From: Vicugna vicugna
Lineage: Eukaryota
DNA: 64,000 nucleotides
Assembly (NCBI GenBank): GCA_013265495.1
Contig: MU058213.1
Location: 1,612,001-1,676,000, forward strand
Direction of reading: 5' to 3'
The notes below the pieces were generated by a model, which was not told where the DNA came from, made no database searches, and was given only the letters and a program-made list of their open reading frames with translations. This document shows, piece after piece, positions 13,652-24,959 of the stretch. Position 1 is the first letter of the stretch; every line of letters starts with the position of its first letter. A program made the translations under genes and the position numbers.

Positions 13652-14213
13652 CATTGGCACTCAAATTTGGGTCTTTGAACTGAATTTTGTCCCACCAGAA
13701 TTCTTATGTTGAAGCTCTAACACCCAGTGTGACTGTATTTAGAGGTAGTTCTTTTAGGAGGTAATTTAAGTTTATATGAGATCACAAGAGTGGGGCCCTA
13801 ATCCAATAGGATTGGTGGCCCTTTAAGAAGAAGAAAGATCATTCTCTCTCTCTCTCTCTCCCCATGTGCAAGCACTGAGGAAAGGCCATGTGAGGACACA
13901 GAGAAAAGGTGGCCATCTGCAAGCCAGGAAGAGAGTTCCTACCAGAAACCTAACCCTGGGAGTACCTTGATCGTAGACTTCTTGGGCTCCAAGCTGGGAG
14001 AATGGCTTTCAGTTGTTTAAGCCCCCTAGTCTGTGGTATTTTGTTGTGGCAGCTTGAGCAGGCTAATACATGGGGTGAGTATTAGACATCACCAGAGCAG
14101 CTAACAAGACCACAGAGGTCTGGGCTCATTGAAATAGAATAGGGTCTGGGTTTTTGTATTTTTACCCAGTTCCCCAGGTGATTCTGATACCAGCTGAAGT
14201 TTGGAAGCCATTG
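13652..14213 (+). mobile_element. MER5-type MITE split by the MLT1A LTR (parts ~13652-13670 and ~14071-14213)
   Basis: TIR-like cattggcactcaaattt before the LTR; catcacc...ccccaggtgattctgataccagctgaagtttggaagccattg after it. Confidence 0.55.
13671..14070 (+). mobile_element. MaLR solo LTR, MLT1A-type
   Basis: tgaactgaattttgtcccaccagaattcttatgttgaagctctaacacccagtgtgactgtattt...ggccatctgcaagccaggaagagag...ctagtctgtggtattttgttgtggcagcttgagcaggctaataca. Confidence 0.85.
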
Positions 14214-14540
14214 GCCCAGAACAACTCGTGGAAGAATGGAGTCAATCCAAAAGAGAGATTGAGAAGGGTGGTGAGAGGAGGAGAGCCAAGCACCTTGGCT
14301 AGCGTCTGGGGAGGATGTTCTGGAGATGCTGATGGGGAGACTCTCCAGAGCAGCTATCACACTGAATGGTACTTTAGAGAGCTCGACCAAGAGTCTGAGC
14401 ATCTTGCTCTGTTTGGAGCAAGTATGTGCGCCTCTTGGAAAGACTTCGCTAAAAATTTAAATTCCTTTTTGCTGTTTTGGGATGATGTTGCATTTGTGTT
14501 TCATTTTAATAAGACAACAGATGAGTCTGCAGATGAGGTG

Positions 14541-14940
14541 TGTTATGGACTGAATATTTGTGTCTCACCCAAATTCACACATTGAAGCCCTACCCCTCAA
14601 TGTGGCTGTATTTGGAGATGAGAGTCTCTAGAGAAGTAATTAAGGTTAATGAGGCCATAGGATGGGACCTTGAGCTAATAGAATTAATGTCCTTCAAAGA
14701 AGGGACACCAGAGAAACTATTTTCTCTCCTCCCCTGTTCCCACACAGGAGGAAAGACCCTGTAAGGACATACAGAGAAGGCAGCCCTCTACAAACCAGGA
14801 TGTTAGTCCTCACAGGAAACCAAATTTTCTAGCACCTTGATTATGTACTTTTAGCCTCCAGAACTATGAGAAAAAGAAATTGTTGTTTTAGCCACCCACT
14901 TTATGATATTTTGTTATGGCAGCTCAGTCAGACTAACATG
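14541..14940 (+). mobile_element. MaLR solo LTR, MLT1A-type
   Basis: tgttatggactgaatatttgtgtctcacccaaattcac...gatattttgttatggcagctcagtcagactaaca; near-match 5-bp flanks aggtg/aagtg. Confidence 0.88.
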
Positions 14941-15505
14941 AAGTGCACAACTATTTTGGGGTTACACTAAGTTATTTCAGTGTAGTCTTATTAATCTCTT
15001 TTTTTAGGTTTTCATTTAGCTCTCCAATATCAGTGTTTACTGTGCAGTGATTTTTACCTTTCACTGCACAATGTCTGGAAGATTATTTTAGATCCCTTTG
15101 GTTCTATCCATATTTTCATGCTGCCTCCTCCCTCTACCTGCTCCCCACACCCCATACATGAGAACCTTATCAAAGGTAGGGGTAAATTTGTGTTTAACTT
15201 GTCTACTAATAAATTCTTGGTTCTCCAACACTGTCATGCTAGGCAGAGTAACACTTGTCTGAGTTCCTCCTGCTCTTTAAACACGTGCTCTTCCAGTCTC
15301 TAGTAACTGCTACAGATAAGGACTTCTCTCTTGTTCTAAATTCTTTTTTTCTATCTTGCCCTCTGTCCTTTCTTGTCAGTCATTTCTGGTGCAGCCTTCA
15401 TCAATCAGCTTGTAGGGTTGGCTCTGGCACCTTTAATGGCACTTGACAAAAATAACATGGAAAGCAACATTATGACCACAAAAATAGATATCATATACAG
15501 ACCCA

Positions 15506-15545
15506 CCCTTCCTTCCTTCCTTCTTTCCTTCCTTCTTTTCTTTTT
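15506..15545. repeat. (CCTT)n low-complexity repeat
   Basis: ccttccttccttccttctttccttccttcttttc visible. Confidence 0.8.
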
Positions 15546-16082
15546 GTAATCATAGGGAATGAGGTCTTATTTCAGAACTTCAACCAGAGTAATATTTCTA
15601 TGATTCTTGGCCTCAGTGCCATAAATGGGTAAAGACTAATTTCCCAGCAGAGAACTGTGTTATCATGAAGGTGAGAGAAGATTAAAAGAAAAATCAACAC
15701 TGCAGTCTTGCCACTCAAGTATTCGTTGCTAGGGCCATCAAAGATTCCTGCTGCCAATTCTACTTAAGCGTTCTCCACAGCTTGGCTCCCTTCCCTCCCT
15801 GAAGCAGACCCTTCTCCTTTGCCAAGGCTGCCTTTGATACATGCTTGATTCCTGTCATTTGGCTGCTGGTAGGGGGAAGCACCTTTAGCTCCCCAGAGTT
15901 GCTGAGAGTGCTTCCTCATGGAGCTCCCCAGCCTTCCTCCCTTGGAAGTAAGGAGGCAAAGCCTACTTCTGAACGTATCTTAGAAATGGTACATGCAGGG
16001 CTTTGGATCATTGTGTCAGGTTGGGGGTGGGGAGAGGATATGACTTAAACTATCATTGTGGTCTGGATCACAGCACCCATTG

Positions 16083-16134
16083 AACAGCTAGGTGAGTGAC
16101 CAGGCTCCCAGTAACAGCTAAGTGAGTGACCAAG
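16083..16134. repeat. 30-bp-period tandem duplication (about 1.7 copies)
   Basis: aacagctaggtgagtgaccagg ... aacagctaagtgagtgaccaag. Confidence 0.85.
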
Positions 16135-16284
16135 CCATGGAGCACAAGGCAGAATGTCTAGTCTGTCCCATAGAGGCCTTCCTAACTTTTGAGACAGACC
16201 TGGGCTTTCAGAACTGTAAAAGACTTCACCTTTGCCTCCTCAGATAAGGGCTACCTCTTTTGTAAAGAGTCAATTGCCTTTAGG

Positions 16285-16435
16285 ATCAGAGACATCCCAA
16301 CAACCCTGTGAGGTAAGCATCATCTCAAGTTTATTAAGAAAACAGATTTAGGCAGATTTTATTACTTGCTCAAGTATCCAGAACTAGTAAATGGTGGGAA
16401 GTCAATACTGTCAGACCCCCAAATCCATGCACTTT
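16285..16435 (-). mobile_element. MIR SINE fragment
   Basis: caacaaccctgtgaggtaagcatcatctc...acttgctcaagtatccagaactagtaaatggtgg. Confidence 0.65.
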
Positions 16436-17369
16436 TCCTTAAAAGAAGATGAAACAGGTATTTTCAATTAAAATCTAAAATGTTAATGTGATCCATCCCC
16501 CTTTTCTCCAAACCATATCGGCTTCAGGATAGATAATAAAGCTATAACTATACCCATAGAACAAACATTATAACTCTCAACCTTGTCTCAGACTCCCCTC
16601 TTCAGAGTACCCCTTCCCCTCCTCTACATATTATTTCTAGACATCCTTAGGAAGGATTGCAAACACAGTCTTCTTGATTTCCATTAGAATCAACCATTTT
16701 CTCTTCTCACACTTTAGTGGTCATGTCTTCTTCCCAGGCCTTTGATTGACATATGGCCATTGTGAGTGTGCTACACATCCATCACTGTCCTGGTGCATCA
16801 GTAGCACCAATACCTGCTGAAGATGATGTCTTCGTCTTCAGTCCAAACAGGGATAATCCAATTTGTTGTTCAGGCTGTTGGGTCTTCTCAGATCTCTACA
16901 GAGCTTGAAGAGACATCCCATGGAAATGGTGCCTGGCACCTATCTACTGATAGTGCAGAATGCAAGATAACTAGGAAGAATTCTGTGCTTCCAATATTTG
17001 AGGGGTATGCAAATGCCTCTTTTAGATTTTCATTGTTGTTGTTCCCTTTTATCTCCTAACCATCTCTTTCTAGGATTAAGACAGGAGACTATGGATTCAG
17101 GGCCAAAGATCAAGGTTATATAGTGCCTTTAGGCATTATAAAAAGATAACCTTTTCTTAGGAAACTATATTTCTGTTGGTTATGATATTGTCCTAATAAG
17201 CTGAGTTTGGGGGAATGAGACACTTCACTGCCATATACCAGGAGATTGTTGTGAAACTCAGACACATTTATGGTTTCTGTACTATTACCAGTGTCCTGTG
17301 TTTAGCTTACATGCATGCAAAATGGATTGAGTGCATTAAAAATGAAATACAACCACAGGATCAGTGAGA

Positions 17370-17578
17370 CATAGTGATGCAGCGTAGAACTAGCCATCGA
17401 ACAAATCTGTGTTCTAGGCCTAGCTTATCCAGAAGCTGAACACCATTGGGGTGGGTCATTTAATCCTTTGGGTCCATAATTTTGATCACCTGTAAAATAG
17501 CAGTAGTAATACCCACCCTATCTTACAGTTTTATGTGTATCAAATGAGATGAAAGATGATTTAAAAATTTGCACACAT
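17370..17578 (+). mobile_element. MIR SINE
   Basis: ctgtgttctaggcctagctt...gtcatttaatcctttgggtcc...cacctgtaaaatagcagtagtaatacccaccct...atcaaatgagatg. Confidence 0.7.
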
Positions 17579-17782
17579 GACAGGAACATCAAGCAACAAC
17601 TAAAGCAACCACAAATACTGGTCTTGGGTGCAGTGTGTGATCATGCATGAAAATTATCCTTGCAATTAAAAGCTTCTAGGTTTACTCAGGGTTAGGGATA
17701 TGTGGAAGAGGGAGTTTTCTATATCCATCATATCACAGCAATGATAATTTTCACTCCTAGTTTAAGAAGGGCCAAGTTTGTA

Positions 17783-17976
17783 TTTTTTAAATTGAAGTAT
17801 AGTTGGTTTACAATGTTATTTTAGTTTCTGCTGTGCAGCATAATGAGTCAGATATATATGTATATATATATATATTCCTTTTCATATTCTTTTTTCATTA
17901 TAAGCTGTTACAAGATATTGAATATAGTTCTTTGTGCTATACAGTAGGATCTTGTTGTTTATCTATTTTATTTATC
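17783..17976 (-). mobile_element. Younger cetartiodactyl-type L1 3' end (5'-truncated)
   Basis: ttttttaaattgaagtatagttggtttacaatgtt...tacaagatattgaatatagttctttgtgctatacagtaggatcttgttgtttatctatttta matches L1 3' UTRs of artiodactyls and cetaceans. Confidence 0.8.
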
Positions 17977-18285
17977 ATGAAAGGCTAAGCTTGAATATGT
18001 GAATGCTGGAAATGACCAGAAACCTAATATGTGAGAAGTTAAACTGTGGGGAATAGATTGCAGTTTGCTTTCCCTCTAAGGCAAAACTCAAGGTGTTTGA
18101 TTCAAACTTCTCAGAATATGAATAATATCAAGCTCGCCCTTTCCAAATAATGTGTGATTTATGTTTACCACTGATTCCCTAAGTCTCTGTGTCTTTGTTT
18201 TGGCTTGATTTTTAGATGCATTTTCTTCCTTTTGAAATACTCTTTGCAACATATTTTTCTTTCCCTTCCTCCCTTCCTCTCTTTC

Positions 18286-18530
18286 TTTTCTTTTCTTTTC
18301 TTTTCTTTTCTTTTCTTTTCTTTTCTTTTCTTTTCTTTTCTTTTCTTTTCTTTTCTTTTCTTTTCTTTTCTTTTCTTTTCTTTTCTTTTCTTTTCTTTTC
18401 TTTTCTTTTCTTTTCTTTTCTTTTCTTTTCTTTTCTTTTCTTTTCTTTTCTTTTCTTTTCTTTTCTTTTCTTTTCTTTTCTTTTCTTTTCTTTTCTTTTC
18501 TTTTCTTTTCTTTTCTTTTCTTTTCTTTTC
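18286..18530. repeat. Perfect (TTTTC)49 pentanucleotide microsatellite followed by (TC)10 at 18541-18560
   Basis: Directly visible and uninterrupted for 245 bp. Confidence 0.98.
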
Positions 18531-19099
18531 TTTCTTCCTTTCTCTCTCTCTCTCTCTCTCTTTTTGGAATTAAGATGAACTAACAATTCTTTGTGTTAAA
18601 TAGCATTTTGAGATGATTCCTTGAGATAATTGAAGGTGCCCCAGGGTGACACAACCACAGGCCTGGAAATGACTGTAGTAAAGCAATGTCACTGACAATC
18701 AGCAAACACCAGGTCATGCTTCAAATGAAGAGAGACAAAGGGAGAATCGGGAGGAACATGGCCACTAACGCTGGTTTGCAATCCTTTCCACATCTGCTTG
18801 ACTCCTGGCTTCCCCAGCCTGGGGCTGCTGACCCACTGGGTGTCCAGAGCAACAAATAAAAGGGCCCAGCATCACACAACCAGGGCACTGCCCTTTAGTG
18901 TAATTTTTTCAATGGTTTCTTGGTCTGGTGTATTGGAGCAGGATGTTACTAAAGCTGTATCACTCTTCACTGTCAGGAAAGCCACTTCCTACGCAGAATT
19001 GTGGTTTGATGTGTTATTATTCAAATATAGTGTTTTGTTAGTAGCTGCTGAGGTAGCCCTAACACTTGGGCACAATTGCTTGTGCTTTAAGTACCACTG

Positions 19100-19300
19100 C
19101 AGGCATTCTGGAATTCAAATCCTGGCTAAGACTCTTGAGTGACTTAAGACAAATTCCCAAATTACCATAAGATTCATTTCCTCAGCTGTAACAAAAGGAT
19201 TCATGCAAACCACATTGTTGTTGTGAATTTTAAATGAGATAATCTATGCAAAGTGTCTTGTATAGTGCTTGACTCAGAATAGCCATTTGAAGAATGGGAA
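19100..19300 (+). mobile_element. MIR SINE
   Basis: ctggaattcaaatcctggct...catttcctcagctgtaacaaaagg...ttgttgtgaattttaaatgagataatctatgcaaagtg. Confidence 0.78.
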
Positions 19301-19334
19301 TGTTTATTAGGGAAAGAATAAAGATCTAAGAGAC

Positions 19335-19575
19335 AGAAAGTGTGGGATCTGTGTCTGGTTTGGCCTCTAATGAGTTTTGTGAGTTTAGGCAAGTCATTTA
19401 GCTGCTCTGTGCTTCAATTTACCCATCTATCAAATTGTCAACTGGTATTTGATGGTTTACCTATTGCGGTTGGGGATGAAATTGCCTTGCCAATATTAGA
19501 AGCTTAACATATATTTGTCAAAGGGTCAAATAGGTACAGAGAGTGCTTTGAAAAGTTAAAATGACTATACAAATA
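19335..19575 (+). mobile_element. MIR SINE
   Basis: ttaggcaagtcatttagctgctctgtgcttcaatttacccatctat...gtgctttgaaaagttaaaatgactatacaaat. Confidence 0.65.
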
Positions 19576-21654
19576 CATACTGAAGCACATTTAAAAAAAT
19601 AATAATGTGACTACATCCTCAAAATTTCCAAATTCTAAGGTAACTAAGAAAACACCTACATTTTACAGATTTTTTAAAATCTGGAAAATAGTGAGTCCAT
19701 TTTGATAGCAGTAGCATATTAAAAATAATAGATTTCTCAGGCAAAAAACATACAGAAACTTTATGGAGTTTGTGGACAGCCTCTAGTGCATTCTACTAAA
19801 GACACTAAGATGAATGCCAAGGAGGATTTTTTTTTTTAATCTTTCCTTCTTCCCCTTCCTCCACTCTGAAACAATCATCAATTACCCTTATCCACCGGCA
19901 CCATCTCATCTAAGTTCATTTTCAAGATGAAGTTTCCTCGTTGGATGGTGGCTGTCCAATCCTCCTTCTGTCTATCACTGACTGCCTCAGAGCTGTCCCC
20001 AGATTGACAGTTTGAGAGTGAATCAATAATAATTATCTGGCTGCAGCCAGGGCGAGCTGTGTAATTCTGCCACGGGACAGCATTGTGCAAACAGAGCTGC
20101 ATCTCTGGCTGCAGGTTTAAATATGCAGGCTGGGGCTGTCCATTTAGGTGTCCTGATCATGTGATTACCAGGAGGTAGTGCTTCTTCCCTTGCTGCATTA
20201 AAACCTTTCAAATAATACACTCACCTTCTGGGACTGCTGACGAGAATTGCACTATGTAAAATGCTGCTTTCAGGGCCTAGATCATAAATCAGTGATTTAA
20301 AGGCACAGCCTTAGGAAAGGAGACACACTTTGCTTCTGTTCTTTATGTAGACTTTCGGCAGAACCACTGATGGGGAATATGCAAGCACAGATAAAAGAAT
20401 AGGATCTCAGATATGTTTGGGTCCATATTTTGGGTATGTTTGGGTCTTAGCCAAAGAAGATAAAGATCAGAGTTAATTCAGTATTAAAATTTTGTTGATT
20501 TGAGAGGTAGAAGTTCATTATTTCCTAGTTGAACATGAAAAGGTTGATTTTATCGAGTTAACTATAACTAATTCTCTTTAAAGCAACTTTTAGCATATCT
20601 AATTTTTTCTAAGGTAACTTTAGCATACCTTTGTAGATGTTGCTGGTTCTGATGTGGCTTCTCTTATGCATAAGCAGCTACATTTCATTGGTCATATTTA
20701 TGTTATTGAAATAGTAAAGGCAGTGGAATTTCATTGGTGTTATTTTCTGGGAATCTATTTCTGTTAAGAAGTTAGGAGAGGGGAAAGTCTTGGGTTGTGG
20801 GGTGTAGTCAATTTTCTAACAGAACTCAGTGAGAGCTGGGCATGCAACCAAAATGTGACAACTGTAAACTGGGGACAGAGAGTTTACATTTGGAACAGAA
20901 AATGATCTGTATGTTATTAGCAAATGATATGAAACAAGAAAAATGGTGTGTCCCATAGTCTTATGATCTACACTATTTTAATTCCTTTTTTATATATTCA
21001 TATGCAAACAAATACATATTTATAATTTTTGAAGTAAAATAACAAAATGTAAACATTTCTTTTATGTAATTCTATGGTGTGGGACCCTTCCATTATTCTC
21101 TATTTTTTTCTTTAATGTAAAATCTTAAAAAAAAAATGCAAAAAAAAATAGAGTGGAATTCATTGGTAAGTAGTAAGTTCCTTGTCATTGGATATAATGA
21201 AACTGAAGCAGTGTTACTACTCAGCAAAGATTTTATGTAGGTTACTTAAACATGGAGTGAAAAATTACCAGAAAACAAGTATGATTTCTTCTGACTCTGA
21301 GATTGTAGGATTATTCCCTAGGGTGGAGGTGGTGGAAGAGAAATTGTGTGAGGTATGGGTTATTAGAGGCAAAATCACAGCACAGACTTATATCTTAGTT
21401 GGGTTGAGCAGTTGAGCATTGTCTATAACTGCTGAGTTAGGCACCATTAACAGTTCTTTAACTCATCATTGCTTCATTTCTCCAGTAATTTTCGTTGACT
21501 TTCTAGTTTCTGTGTAGTAAAAGGTTTTGTCTTGTTTTGTTTTTTAAAAAGCAGGCATAAAATTGACCACAGGGAGCTTAGCTACAAATATACCTTAGAA
21601 TTGATAAAAGGATCAAAGACCAGTAGAGAATGGAGACTCAGATAAAATGGAAAG

Positions 21655-21757
21655 TTTTTCTTCCTTTCCTTCCTCTGCATTCTTCCTCTTTCTTTCCCTT
21701 CTTCCCTCCCTTCCTTCCTACCTTCCCTCCTTCCTTCCCTTTTTTCTTCTTTCCTTC
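21655..21757. repeat. CT-rich low-complexity tract ((CTTC)n-like)
   Basis: Nearly pure pyrimidine run; followed by a degenerate minus-strand L2-like segment. Confidence 0.75.
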
Positions 21758-23158
21758 CACATAATCAGCTAACCAATCCACCAGATAGTCTACCAAACTA
21801 TTTACCTTTATAAACTACCCCCTTTCAGGGTACATACAGGAACCAGATCAGAATCTTGTCCTTGGAGAATGTGCAGACTAGTAAAGGAGATAAGACCTGG
21901 AGATACTAATTATAGCCCTGTAACACAGGGGGAAATTACTAATTGCCAAACAAAAATACAGAAAAACTAGCAGAGGTTTTCAGAGCCTGGACAGAATTTC
22001 CAGTTGGGGGTTCATATTTGTAACTAAACCATCCTGCGATCAAAGTGTATCCCTGCTATTTTGCAATGAATTAATTAACTGTTAAGAAACCAGGGGGCCA
22101 ATTAAAAGACTTAGGAAAAATAAAGCAGTGGTGAGTTTGAATATACATAAAATTATAAATATTGGGCATAATGAGAGCAATTTTAAATGATCTGGGAAAA
22201 GGCTATAAAAATAGAAATCACATAATAAAATCTGAGTTTTGGAAAGCAATAAAGAAAATGATGTAATTCCAAATAGATAAATAATCTTTGAGATTTGCAG
22301 GCTTTTTGCTATTGACTTGAGTCACAGAGGTATTATTCTATTTAATTTGTACAACTAAGTCTTTTTATCCTTACCTCTTCCATGAAGACATTCAGATATC
22401 TTAATCTCACAGTGCAGGCTGCCTCTGAACTCTCGTAGCCTCCACTGTTTGCACCATTCATTTGGCCACTAGCATGTGCTGCCTTGTATGACACAGAGGG
22501 ACCCTTTGGGTGAGCAAGAGGCAGTGCTTTACATCTTCTGGAGAAGCATGAAAACAGACATGCCTTCCAAAACTGTACTCATCAGGAAAATTAACATATT
22601 ATTTGAATTCAACTTGGTTATAAACTTCCAGAGAAAACTGAGAAAGCCTTTAAGTTGGGCTGTTTTATGGGATCCATAGTGTCTTGGCCAATTATCAGGA
22701 AATTTCCTGCAAAATAACATACTATGGTTAAAAAAAAAGTACTAAAGTCAGTTGTGGCTACTAGAAGGAGTAATAGTAAGATTTAACTTATCTGTGGCTC
22801 TTTCTGCTGCCCTCCCCTGGCTCTACCCCACTTCTCCTGGGTGAGGGGAGGAGAGGTCGAAGAGGCCTGCAGGTGGAAGGAGGAAAACTGCTGGAGTTAG
22901 ATTACTCTGAGCACTTGAAACAGCCAGCCAGGGCAGCCTATTCAGTTCATTGTGAAGAGAAGAAAGGAATATGGAAAACAGTTAATTGGAGAAGTTGGGA
23001 CAGGGGCTTGCTAGGAGGCAGGAAGAGCAGATGTGACCAGTAGGAACTGTTGGGGTAGGCAGCTGGCCCAGAAAGTGGAGTCGGCCAGAGGGTGGTCAAA
23101 GTATTTGACATAAAAGCAGAACCAACATTGGTACAGAGCACAGAAAGTGACCTGATTC

Positions 23159-23304
23159 CCGGGCCAGCCTCATGTGCATGTGACCCTAGCAATAAGGGCC
23201 CCTTGCTTGGCTTAATGATCTGCTGTCTTAGAATTCTTAGTGATTTCTGAACAAGCCCTTGTTTCACTTTGCGCTGGACCCTGGTAATTATGCAGGCAGT
23301 CCTA
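23159..23304 (+). mobile_element. MER53 hAT MITE
   Basis: gggccagcctcatgtgcatgtgacc...agggccccttgcttggcttaatgatctgctgtcttagaattcttagtgatttctgaacaag...ttgcgctggaccctggtaattatgcaggcagtcct. Confidence 0.75.
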
Positions 23305-23434
23305 CCTGATCCGGTCTGCATTTGGTATTGCACAAAGATGTCTCAAGGGGACAGTGACAAAGAGTGACATGATGTTTTAGGAGGGAAAACTGGTTATCTA
23401 GACCAACAGTATTTAAGATCCATGTCCACTGGGT

Positions 23435-23560
23435 TTGATCTCCTTCACAGAATTGAATACTTTAAAGAGCAGGGCTGTCTCCTGAATTATCTCCATAATT
23501 TCCACAGTCTGCACCCTGATGCCTGATGCTGGGTACAATGAATATGTTGATTATTGATCA
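23435..23560 (+). mobile_element. L2 3' end fragment
   Basis: aaagagcagggctgtctcctg...tgcctgatgctgggtacaatgaatatgttgatta. Confidence 0.5.
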
Positions 23561-24029
23561 AAGAACCAAATGGAAATTTGTTTATTAATATTATTATTGC
23601 CATTAGAGTTATAAAGCATTGCTATTCTTTATGTGGTTTTGTGAATATATAAAAAACTCAAAGAGAATGTACACGCTTTAAATATTTTGCATGAGAGAAA
23701 GGAATGAATACAAGAAAAGCACAAAGAAAACCACATTAAAATGTGGCAATGTGCGAAGTTTTTTTTTCCTGTCTGCTTTCAACAGAGCTTACCCAATATG
23801 TTCCATATCCTCTTAGTATCTTTAGATGACGGAAATCTATACAGATACACACGAAGTGAGTTAATCGTCACATATTGATGTTTATTTATATCAGAGGATC
23901 ACTCTGAGCTTTCAGGCAGAACTTTAGGATTCTGTGTTCCTGAGAGGACCACAGAATGGATTCTTGGGACCAAATGGACAGCTTTTGTGGCATATTTGGT
24001 GGCGAAAAGTGTTCACCTTGGTGTCTGAT

Positions 24030-24190
24030 AACCTGGCCTCTCTATGCCTTAGTTTCCTCAACTGTAGATTGGGAATAATCATTGTAACTATCTCACAGAG
24101 TTGTTATAAAGATTAATAAGGTAATACATGTTTTCACCCTTAGTAGAGTGCCCAAGACAACAAATTACTCGATAAATAGTAATGTTGATG
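24030..24190 (+). mobile_element. MIR SINE
   Basis: cctctctatgccttagtttcctcaactgtagattgggaataatc...tctcacagagttgttataaagattaa. Confidence 0.78.
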
Positions 24191-24509
24191 ACAATTCTCA
24201 GGAAAAAAATAAGGGTAATAAAGGGTTTCAGGGCTATTGAATTATTTCCCCAGGTGTACAGGCAGTTCATGTGATTGAAGAGTGGAGATGCTTGGAATTA
24301 ACCTCAAGGCACAGCTCAGGGTTAGGGGGATTCCTCCTCATATATCCTCTAGGACTTGACCCATGTTCCTCAGAGAAGGGTACCATAAAACTGAGAAGAG
24401 AAATTTTGCCTTTTGGAAGCCGGAAGATGAACCTGGGCTTTGACAACCCTGTAGAAGCAGAGATGGCAGCAGGGAGATGGTGGTGACTAGCTGCAGCAGT
24501 ATTGGCATG

Positions 24510-24698
24510 CACAATGTGACTAGCCATGGGACCCTGGGAAATTGCATAACTTTCCTTAACTGTAAAAGAGAAATAATAACAATGCCTACCAATAGAAGTG
24601 TTGAAGGATTAACTGAGTTGGGATAATTAGATGAGATAATATATGTAAACCAGTGAGTACAGTGCCTTCGGCTCAGTGAACAGTAGCTGTTATTGTCC
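24510..24698 (+). mobile_element. MIR SINE
   Basis: tttccttaactgtaaaagagaaataataacaatgcctacc...ttagatgagataatatatgtaaaccagtgagtacagtgcct. Confidence 0.75.
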
Positions 24699-24959
24699 TT
24701 AGCATTTCTGTAGACAGTAGTGGGACCAGTGGTATGGAAAGAATAACAGAGGCAGCATTGACCCCCGAATGTTAGCCATCTGTTTGACCCTGCTTGGAGT
24801 CTTAGAGTCCATGACCAAGTTCTGATCCAGAGCTCTGCTTTGATAACATCTACAGTCTGAGCATCCATTTTATCGTGAGGTTTAAAAAAAACAAAAACAA
24901 AAACAAATCTCAAATCTGAGGTATAACTAAGTCTTCCGTTCCTAGGAGGAGGAAGAGTC

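Noticed and set aside
14154..14585. 143-aa ORF
   Set aside because: Starts in a MER5 remnant, ends in an MLT1A LTR, and shows no recognisable homology
13671..14940. Two same-orientation MLT1A LTRs as a possible provirus
   Set aside because: The spacer is only ~470 bp and contains MER5 remainder; the second LTR has its own TSD-like flanks and the LTRs differ, so they are independent solo LTRs
18205..18586. Three 120-124 aa ORFs (FFSFL and KEKKR repeats)
   Set aside because: They are translations of the (TTTTC)n microsatellite, which has no stop codons
19886..19970. Minus-strand exon-like segment (KEDWTATIQRGNFILKMNLDEMVPVDK) ending at AGG|GTAATT
   Set aside because: No pyrimidine-rich acceptor upstream and the peptide is not recognised; treated as part of the non-coding block
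20411..20446. atatgtttgggtc repeated imperfectly three times
   Set aside because: Tiny slippage repeat with no spacer structure or other signal
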